Source of the DNA: Amoebophrya sp. A120
Taxonomy: Eukaryota; Protista; Dinoflagellata
Reading direction: 5' to 3'
Assembly (NCBI GenBank): GCA_905178155.1
Contig: CAJINV010000005.1
Coordinates: 2,945,161-3,009,160, forward strand
Length of the DNA stretch: 64,000 nt
Shown: positions 49,219 through 59,200 of the stretch, in pieces
Numbering within the stretch: position 1 is the stretch's first letter
How the letters are laid out: the number at the start of each line of letters is the position of its first letter
Position numbers and translations under genes: made by a program
The notes under the pieces: generated by a model
Told to the model about the DNA's origin: nothing
Database searches by the model: none
What the model saw: only the letters and a program-made list of their open reading frames with translations

Positions 49219-50109
49219 TGCTTCGGTTTTTGCACGAAGTATTAAGTAGTTCAAGTTCCTCCGGCCTCTCGGTCTCTTCGATTTATTAGCCTAGGACTAA
49301 ACAAAACTGTGCAAACCACCTCAGCCCGCAGCTTTATAATTTTTGTATGGATCATTACGTCCTCGGTTCATAGCGGCTGCTGATTTCGGTATAATACCGG
49401 AAGAAAACAACTCTCATGCGGCCGAAGTTTTGCCATGCGATGTAGTTTACTGGTCGGTGTATTTCCCTGCACAATCTGGAACTCGAAGGCTCGATGAAAA
49501 AAGTTCTGAATGCACGTGAGCCAGATCGGAGATTCGGTTGTTGCACGATCGAATGTCAGTTTCTCGGATGCCATCACTGCTGAGTCCATGACCTTAAGCG
49601 TTCTACTTTTACTAATGCCACCCTCTGCACACAGCCTCGCGCAGGTTTGATGATGATCATAATCTATTTGTTGATCTGCAGACTGAGCTGAAAAGCCACT
49701 TGTGATGGAGGTGCGCCACAACAAAATTTGACCACCACCCAAAGAAGTTACCTTTTACCGCACGCGACGAGAGTTGTTTGTTCACGTATAGAAGTTGTAC
49801 GAGGATGTAGTAATTGCAGCTCAACAAATTATTCCGATAACGTATTCCTGATACGATATAACTTCAGAATATGCACTTTGTGTCTAAAAATACACTGACC
49901 TGGTAGAAAGAAGTACATCCAGCGCTTGTTGCACCAGCCCGCCACAGCGTTGCCCTCGTCTGAGATGCGGCGCCTTGAGCGGGACGTCGTTGCGGGCTCC
50001 TGTAAATAGATAAGCAGTCATTTCATTATTAATCACATCTAAACTGCCTTTATTTGCCAGAAGATGGAAGGCCGGGAGCCTGTTAGAAAAAATCTTTTTA
50101 CTTCGCACC

Positions 50110-53100
50110 ATGATTGATTCTTCCCCGCGCAACATGAGCTACGATGCAGATGATGACGATGTCGTTTACAACGACGACAAGGATCTCGAGGCGGCTTTTA
50201 CGGTGGCGGAACAAGAAGACGGCTCTGATATAACCTCGTCCAGCCGGCATCTGAAGTCCCTCGTGGAGGAGGACATTTTTTCCCAGACGCAGGTAACCGC
50301 CGCCCGGCGCAAGAAGCTCGCCCTGGAGTGGAGCCACCTCTCGTTCAATGTCAAGGGCCGGCGCATTCTGCACGACTGCTACGGGAAGGTCTACCCCGGC
50401 CAGGTGACCGCCCTGATCGGCCCCTCCGGGGCGGGCAAGAGCACGCTGATGAACCTGCTAGCGGCCCGGCAGGGCTGGGGACCACGGTTTCGGAGCGAGA
50501 GTCAAGAAGCGAAGAGCAAAATTTTTGCAGGATCATCCGGAATAAAGCAAGCCGACCAGGAACAAACAAAAGTACTATCCACTTTCGCGGAGCCGGAAAA
50601 AGAAAAGCGGCTGAAGCAGCAGCTTCTCGTTCATCCGGGCGATGATGAAATGAATGGCGCTGAAGTAGAAGAGGAGTCCGAGTCACAGGACCCGGATCCT
50701 GAGGGCGACGAGGACGAAAACGAAGATGATAAAGATTTTGATATCAAGATGGATCTGGGAACTACCAAGAAACGACAAGCAACGACCACCAGCAGAACCA
50801 GTAGCTCTAGAAGTACTCGTTCCACGAAGATCACCACCGGCATTCTTCCCGGGGCGCAGATCCTGTACGGGCGCAAGCCGGTGAGCTTTGAGGAGCTAAA
50901 GTCCTCGGTGGGGTACGTGATGCAGCAGGAGGCGCTGATGGAGATTATCATGCAGAAACAAGCAGGCAAGGCATATTTGTGACCCAGAAAGGAGTTAACA
51001 GGCAAAATGAGCCCATAGCAGGATCCTGTTTAGGATGCGCAGTGCAGATTTTTCTGTGTATTAATTTTTGCATGACAACCATGCCCTGTGCCTACTTTTT
51101 TCTGTGCGATAGAGACGGAGACCGTCGAAGAACAAATCCGGTTCGCGGCGGCGTTGCGGACCCCCCTGCTGAACGTGCCGCCGAATGCGGTATCAAATGC
51201 AAAAGTGTCTGGCTCTGGAAACTTGTGATGCTGGGTGGCGTATCATGAGGAGGCCACAAGTTCTGGCTCAGCATGACAAGTTGCTGAGCTTCTAGGTGTT
51301 GCCTATTCTGCATGACAAACTGCGTTTCTGCATGACAGAAAAATGGCGCTCTTGGGTAACGTGCGTGACAGATTTGAGAGTCATGCCAGACAAGCATGGC
51401 AAACATGCACGCTTCCAGACCCAGACATTTTTACATTTGATATGCGGTGAAGCGGAGCAACTGCAAAAAAACCCGGTACTCCGAGGAAAACGCGGAAAAC
51501 GTGCTCGAAACCCTGGGGCTGCAGAGCGCGCGCGCCACGAGGACCGGTGCGCTCTCCGGGGGGCAGAAGAAGCGGGTCTCCGTGGGCGTGGAGTTGGTCA
51601 CGAGACCGGCGATTGTCTTTCTAGACGAACCCTCCACGGGCTTGGACAGCTACAGCACGCTCCGGCTCTTCTCTATCAAATGCAAATATGTCTGGATCTG
51701 GCAAGGGTGAACCTGTATTGCGTGTTTCGCATTCCTAAAAAATCTGTATGGCATAAGCAGCAGATAAAGCACCACACTTTCGTCATGCAAAAATGCACAC
51801 TCAGTCATGGCCACTAAGCACTACAAGTTTCAAGACCCAGACATATTTGCATTTGATATTCTCCCACCTGCGCCAGTACGCGGTGGAGCAGAACGCGATC
51901 GTATCGTGAGAAAAAAATGTTACAGTTACACGTTTGTTGGAGTTTCTGCAACACAAATTTTCTCTGTGTGGCAGAGAGAACTTGGAATGCGAAGATCATA
52001 AAGGGAAAACAGGAAGGAAACGAGGCTCCCAAGCATTTCCTGCATGAGAAAGGTTGTCTGTGTTGCCGCTCTTGCAACACAATGTGTAACTGTAACACTT
52101 TTTTCTTGCGATAGATCGTGGTGTGCACGGTGCACCAACCGAGCTCGGAGGTTTTTGACTACTTCGACCGTGTGATCTGCATGCGACAGGGGGCGGTGCT
52201 GTTCCAGGGGTGGAACGGAAAGGCGGCAAGGGCGTATTTGCGCGAAAACGGGCTGTCCGCGACGTCGATGATGCAGCAGGAAGAACAGGGAGGGAACGAC
52301 AAGAGCGCTGCTCGAATGAACAGTAGTATGAGTCCGCCGGAAGACGTTTTATCCTGAGTAAAAACTACTACGTGGCCACTTCTTCCGCAGAGGTGGGACG
52401 CAGGTGATTTTGAACACTGCTAATGCGCATCCGAATGTTGAGAGGCATCTTTAGTCGTGTAGATCTGGCGTTACAGATGTAATGCTCTAGGTAAACAGGG
52501 TAGTATACGAGTTTTTGGGCTTTGATGTGAAGATCATGCCGCCTAATTTTTTTACCTGCACTACTACACAGCATGCGTAAAGAAACTTGTCAACATGCAA
52601 AGGCCCCAAAAGTTCTGGACTTGTCTTGCAGACACCACTGCCCGTTTTGACGATAGAGTCCTTGTGGGCGGGACGTTTTTACTCAGGAAAAACCAAACCG
52701 CGATCGCTATCCCTCCATTCGGCGGCCTTTGGACTCGGAGTCACCAGCAACACAAATTCTGTGCAAATAACAACAACTACCCGGCTAACGCAGCAAAAAA
52801 CTTTCCTGGACGAGATGCACGGGGCTGAGAAATCCAAGCTCGTCGTCTGGAACACAATCAAAGGGTTCCTCGACCCGATGGAATTCAACGGGGTCCGAGG
52901 GATTCCCGAGGGGGTGAACATCGCTTCCTGGCTCCTCCTCCTGGCGCAAATGGTCGACGAGGAGACCGCGATGCGTTATCGTGTTTAAAAAATTCGTCCC
53001 CATCCCATAGTTGTAATGCAAATCTGCATGCTGATAATGTTTCTCATGCGGAGCCCCATGAGAAGCATTGTCTAGTCGCGTTTTGGATTTTGTCATGCTC

Positions 53101-55191
53101 CAATCAGCATGATAGTGCTAGATCTGTGATGCTGCTGAACTACCTCTGAAACAGTACTACACTCCGAGTTCAGATTTGTCATGCAAAACAGTCAAAACTT
53201 GTGGACTTGTCCAGCCGATTTTTCCCCATCTTGACTCTGGGGCGGTGGGGACGTTTTTCCATAGGATATGCGTTTGGCGTTGCTCACGTCCCGTGTCTAC
53301 GAGCGCACCGAGCACCCGGTGCTACCGGTTGACCCAGAAACGGGTCGAAGTAAACACCTTCTCCCGATGCTGATGCGCAACAGCTTGTTCGGGGGGGAGC
53401 TGGACCTGTTCAGTGATGGGAACAATTCAACCACATCCGGCTCGACCCCCTCGTCGAACAAAAGCGGATCGGGGTTCGAACCGAGACCCAATCTCTTACT
53501 GGAGCAGACGGCCGAGATCAAGTGCAACCTCGACGTGGGGCTCGTGCCCAACCTGCTGCGCCAGAAGCATTTGAGCGAACAGTACCTGCGGAACTTAAGT
53601 GGCTATTTGGCGGCCGACGACATGGGCAAGCAGGAGGTGTATGACCAACCGCCACCGGCCGCGGGCGCAAACTTGGGAAATTTCTCCTGCCAGTTCCGCA
53701 TTCTGGCGTACCGGGAATTGACCCACCTGTGTCGCTCGCGCGGGATGCTGCTGGCGCGACTGCTGATTCCGGCGATTCAAATCTTTTTCTACGGGATCAT
53801 CTTTTTCCTGGCCGGCCGGCAGCTGCTGTCCGGGTCCGTGACCGGGTTTCCCGGGCTGGAGTGGCTCGGGGTGGCCCGAGAAGATAACATAACCGGGAAT
53901 AATAAACTCGAGACGGAGCAGCAGTGGAACAAAAAGTTGATGGAAGTGTTCGGCGCCACGGGGCAGCCGTTCTACACGTTGACCACGCAGTCGGCCGGGC
54001 AGTTGATCCTGACCATTCCGCGAGAGCGGGTGCTGTTTCTGCGGGAATACTCGTCCGGGATGTACAGCATCACGACCTACCTGTTGGCGAAGCTCAGCGT
54101 GGAGCTGCTGGTGATTTTCGCCCAGTCGGTGCTTCTGCTTCTCCTGCAGTGGATCCTGGTCGGGTTCGCCGCCGAACTGATTCCCGCGTTTTTCGGCCTG
54201 CTCCTCATGAACTCGCTGGCGTCCGGGTCTTTAGGGATGTTCATTTCCTGCCTGGTTGCCGACTACGGGTATCCTGGGTAAAAACGTACCCACACCAGAG
54301 TGTTAATGCAGATTTGCAAAAACAGGAAGACTTGTAATGCGCATCACATGAGAGCCATTTCCAATCGTGTTTTGGAATTTGTGATGCTGTGAACAGGATG
54401 AGCCGATGAATCTGTGATGCGGCTGCACTGGCTAACCTGCACTACACTGCAAAGTGCAACTTGTCAGGCGTGACTCACAAAACTCCTAGGTTTGTTGCAA
54501 AATCCCCATCCTGGCTCTGGTGTGGGTACGTTTTTCCTCAGGATAACGGGGAGGTTGCTCTCTACATCCAGCCCATTTTTTTCCTCACGCTCAGCTCCGC
54601 GTTGTCCGGCAATTTTCGGCCCATCACGGAGATTCCCTGGGCGCTGCGGTTATGCATTGCAAATATGTCTGGGTCTGGAAGGATGCAACGTTTGTCATGC
54701 ACATTTCGCATGACTCCTGGTCCTGACGTCTGTGATGCATGCCCTAGCATCACAGATTTCGCGAGGGCTACTTCATGCCTATACCGCATGAGAAACGCCC
54801 TCTCGGCGTGGCAAAAATTGGACCCGTTTTGCTGTTCATGCAATACAGATTTTTGTAGTATTCACATGCAGCATCACAAGTTACATGCCTCCAGACATCC
54901 AGGTATATTTGCACTGGATAGCAGTGGACGGGGTACATTTTCCCCACGGCGTTCATGACGAAGACGCTGGATTTCTTACTCTATCAAAACGTGGAAAACC
55001 AGCTGTGGCCGGGCGAAGTGAGTGACCAAGCCCGGGACGTGCTGATCGCGGCTCGGGACAAGAGATTCGAAAAAAGGGCGCTGTCCAGCGAGATTTTGCT
55101 CACGAACTTTTTCGGGCTGGCGGCACTCTTTGTTGGCTACCGGGTGCTGGCGGGGATCGTTCTCCGGGTAAACAGCAGGACGATGTACTGA
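50110..55191 (+). CDS. ABCG (White-family) half-transporter, paralog 1; 8 TIR-derived introns
   Basis: Walker A GPSGAGKST; Q-loop GYVMQ; signature LSGGQKKRVSVG; Walker B VFLDEPSTGLD; CTVHQP; membrane domain with ERVLFLREYSSGMY. Confidence 0.92.
50946..51111. mobile_element. Introner-like TIR element, family D
   Basis: TATCATGCAGAAACAAGCAGGCA...TGCCTACTTTTTTCTGTGCGATA; direct repeat gagat/gagac; related to 40730-40889. Confidence 0.85.
51191..51442. mobile_element. Introner-like TIR element, family A (252-bp subfamily)
   Basis: Family A TIRs; direct repeat tgcgg/tgcgg. Confidence 0.95.
51674..51858. mobile_element. Introner-like TIR element, family A (185-bp variant)
   Basis: TATCAAATGCAAATATGTCTGG...CCAGACATATTTGCATTTGATA; direct repeat ttctc/ttctc. 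Removal gives TLRLFSHLRQYA. Confidence 0.93.
51902..52113. mobile_element. Introner-like TIR element, family E
   Basis: TATCGTGAGAAAAAAATGTTACAGTTACAC...GTGTAACTGTAACACTTTTTTCTTGCGATA; direct repeat gatcg/gatcg. Confidence 0.92.
52350..52690. mobile_element. Family C element with damaged right end and no matching direct repeat
   Basis: TATCCTGAGTAAAAAC...GTTTTTACTCAGGAAA. Confidence 0.7.
52977..53268. mobile_element. Introner-like TIR element, family C
   Basis: TATCG..CGTCCCCA...TGGGGACGTTTTTCCATAGGATA; direct repeat tgcgt/tgcgt; body homologous to 61134-61412. Confidence 0.88.
54270..54545. mobile_element. Introner-like TIR element, family C
   Basis: TATCCTGGGTAAAAACGTACCCACACCAGAG...CTCTGGTGTGGGTACGTTTTTCCTCAGGATA; direct repeat acggg/acggg. 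Confidence 0.94.
54651..54920. mobile_element. Introner-like TIR element, family A
   Basis: TATGCATTGCAAATATGTCTGGGTCTGGAAG...ATATTTGCACTGGATA; direct repeat gcggt/gcagt. Confidence 0.88.
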
Positions 55192-56209
55192 ACCATCGGA
55201 AAGATGAGCAGGACCGCACTAGAATCGAATGGAAGTAGAGGAAACGATCGTGTCCGAGCCTGGCGTGCTCCGCTTTCTCCTGTGTGTAGTGTTTCGTAGT
55301 ACATGCAAAATATTGTCATTGAAAAGAGTATGAGTAAGTGCTAGTAGCGTATATTACAACATCAGAAGTACTTCGAGTTGTAGAGTGAATATCTTACCGA
55401 TGAACTGCGAAACGCAACAAAAATGAGTACCTGCGAAACGCAAAAACACTGAAAATTAGTGACCGCAGCTGTTGCTGCGCGCACAGAAGGAGAGTCGACC
55501 AGAAGTACGCAATGAATGGACGAACAAGCGAGGATAATATGTAGATTTTGCATTCTTCGATTCACGTCGTGCACACGACGGCAGTTTCCCGTGAGGCGCC
55601 ACAACCTTTTCTCTTCTTACGGGCGGACCGCAGATGAAGTTCCGGTGGCGAGGATTTGTTGCGCCGATCTTCACCACAGGATCGACTCCAACACTTTCAG
55701 ATGCGGAAATGTACTTTAAGTACCACAATGATCAATGTGCCGAAGAGGATCTGATAAGGAGGATCTGTCTACCTGCAACGCTCGTGGTTTGCCATGCCAT
55801 CATCGGACCTTGCTCAGCGGGAAGAAAAACGCGCATGCGAAAAAGAGTCTCGGTTCTGATCTCGCACCTTTGAGACCTGCTCAGCAAAGGCGGAATTTCG
55901 GTGTCCACAAGATGTTGGTCTGTTGAGAAGAGGATCGAAGACAAGTGGGTCATCTGTGATTTCTGAAGGTTCTGAATCGATTACTTACTTTTTAAACTAA
56001 CATCTAGTACAGAGCAAAAATCCGTATACCAGCTTTGATGCGCTCGCATTTCAACAGGTCAAGTTTGTTATTTTCTAGCGTTTTTTTATTTTTCTCTTTG
56101 TCTTCCACGGCGCAAACGCGACACTTTCTATTGATCGATGAACTGGTTCGATATTCAGGATATTACAGTCGCATAGACCGCGTCGGCCCCACCGCCGACG
56201 CACATCACT

Positions 56210-59200
56210 ATGGAGGGCGGCACGCTGTCCTATCCGGATGGCGGGGACCACCCGAAATATTTCATTAACAAGTGCGCCGAAGAGCAGGCCGAGGTGGATG
56301 CAAAGCATTGCGAGGAAGAACGGGTCCAAACGCTCGAGCTGCTCACCCGGCGCAACCGCAGCAGCTCTTTGCGCGGGGTTTCTCTCGCATTAAGCACGGC
56401 GACTGCGGCGCAAAAGGGAGAAACTGCGGGGCCGCGAGGAGGACTTCTACCGGGCGGCAATATTGCACCGGCGCAGCAGCAGCAGGACGTCACTACACGA
56501 AGGAAAACGCCACATCAATCGCCCAGGACTGCTAGTCCGCCGCAGAGCAATCTTTTCGACATAGATCAAGACGATGGTGCTGTCGACCGATTGGAAAGTT
56601 TACGCAGGATCAGCGACGACTTGGTTCACCTCACGGGAGGAGCAGATGATGAACACGTCGGCGACCAGCTGCCGTTAATATTGCCTCCCCTTGCCATCGG
56701 GGACGAGGAAAGCGAAGACTCGGCTCTGCTTCGCTGGCTATGAAATGCAAAAGCATCGTACTAGTATAAATCGCATGACAAATTCCCTCAGCATGAAAAA
56801 TGGAATTTGTAATGCGGATTTAGGTTAAGATGGAGATTTGTAATGCATGATTGCGATTACTACGAGTGCGATACTTTTGCACAGGATACTGGCACCGGGC
56901 GAACAAATTGATGTTCGAATTTCGCAACATCTCCTTCGAAGCAGCTATCACGATGAAAAATCCCCCCTCCCCAAATCAAAACGAAGTTTCTGATGCTGGA
57001 TTTGCGTACACAAATCAGGTTTGTCTTGCTGGCGAGGATTTCAGGCCCATATGAAGCCTGAGTAGATAGGTTTTGGCCTAGGCGCTTAGCATGACAGACG
57101 TCTACGCTGTAGCTAAAACAGCATGACAAACCGGCTGTAGAATGCGGCGGAGCTTGTGGAGTTGCCTTCGTGCAACACAGAGACGATTTGTGGTCACAAA
57201 TCAGCAACGCAAATTTTCGAAAACGTGCCTTGTCAACATGGGGAGGGGGGATTTTTCCTCTCAATAGCAGCTGGCTCATCATCTTCCTCCGGAAAGAAAA
57301 CGTCAACGGCTGCAACCGGGATATCAAATGTAAAAATGTCTGGGTCTGGAAGAATCCAAGATTTGTGATGCAGGTTTTCCATGACCCATGAGGTCTGAAA
57401 TGCGAGACCCAGCATGACAGATTTTTTGAGGTCTCGATCATGCCTTTCCTGCATGAGAAACTCCCTCTCAACTTGGTCAAAAGCGGACAGCTTTTGGCAC
57501 TCACGCAACACAGATTTTTGCATCATTTAGATTTAGCATGACAAGTTCTAATCTTCCAGACCCAGACATTTTTGCAATCCATACGGGAACCGGAAAAGCA
57601 AAAAGCCGAAGAAACTCATCCTCGACAATTGCTTCGGGTGTTTCCGTATCAAATGTAAAAATGTCTGGGTCTGGAAACTTGTGATGCTGGGTGGCGTATC
57701 ATGAGGAAGCCATAAGTGCTGGCTCAGCATGACAAGTTTCTGAGCTTCTAGGTGTTGCCTATTCTGCATGACAAACTGCGTTTTTGCATGACAGGAAATT
57801 GGGGCTCTTGGGTAACCTGCATGACAGGTTTAAGAGTCATGCCAGAGAAGCATGACAAGTCGCGCATTCTTCCAGACCCAGACATTTTTACACTTGATAT
57901 TCCGGCCCGGCGAGGTGACCGCGTTGATCGGACCGTCGGGCGCGGGGAAGTCCAGTTTGATGAACCTGCTCGCCGTATGCCCAGTGAAAACTACGCTCCC
58001 GCCCCAGCAGATTTGTGATCTTGTGCAGATTATTCGCTGTATTTATTCTTGCGCGAATATAATTTGTATTGCGCCTGCTCGTCTCTATGAGATCGAGATG
58101 CATGATCGTGGCCGTGAAGTAGATTTGTGGCATTTGTAAAATACTGTATTAACAGGCGTTGCCGAAATTGTGAAGATGCGGATATCGTTTCTAATCACTA
58201 CAACTAAGACCGAAGTGGTCGTGCATGCGTCAGCACTTCTACTCTAGACTTCTGGATTTTTCATTTCTGTAGCAAGATGACTAGGTGCTGGTGGGGACGC
58301 TTTTCCTGAGGATACGCCGCGCGGGTAAAGGGGTTGGAAAAGCTCAGGAAAAACGCGGTTCGGTACGGCGAGCGCGGGGTCACCGGTCCGGAACTGCAGG
58401 ACTCGGTGGCGTACGTCCTGCAAGACGACGTTTTCTTTCCGCACCAGACGGTGCGGGAAACTTTGGATTTCTACGCCCGGCTCCGCCTGCCCCCCTCCAC
58501 CAGCTACGAGCAGAGACGGGAGAACGTGGAGGAGGTGTTGCGAACCTTGCAGTTGTCCCACATCGCGGATCAACTGGTCGGGGACCAGAGCCTGAAAACC
58601 ATCTCCGGCGGGGAGCGGAAGCGCGTGGCCGTCGGGTGCGAGCTGATCCGGCGCCCGACGGTGCTGATGCTGGATGAGCCGACGAGCGGGCTGGATTCGT
58701 TGTCCGCGTTGAAACTGCTGGTGTACCTGAAAGAGATCGCGGTGGCGCAGCACGCGATCATCGTCTGTACCCTTCATCAGCCGGAGGCGCAGGTTTGGGA
58801 CCAGGTGGACCGGGTGCTGTGCATGCGGGAAGGCCGAGTCTTGTTCCAGGGCTGGACGCGGGAGACCAGCGGGCTCGATCGGGGTCTCAGTCCGGCGGGG
58901 CGGGAAGATGAGACCGCTAAAGAACTTGCAAGTAGCCCGAATACAACGAGTGGTCAAAATGGAAGTAGTAGTCCTACAAGGACTTCGAGACGAGTAGCAG
59001 CTCTGGGACGAGCTATCATAGAAGTAGACACAGGAGCGCCGGGAATAAGTCCTGCGCCGTTTGGACGAGATAATCCATCTCCCACCAGTGGATCGCGCGG
59101 GCACACCAGCTCCGGTAGTGCAAAAAAGGATCTCAGCGTCATATGCAACTTCCTGCAGACGATCGGGCATCCAATGCCAGCTGGCTACGGCTGCAGCGAT

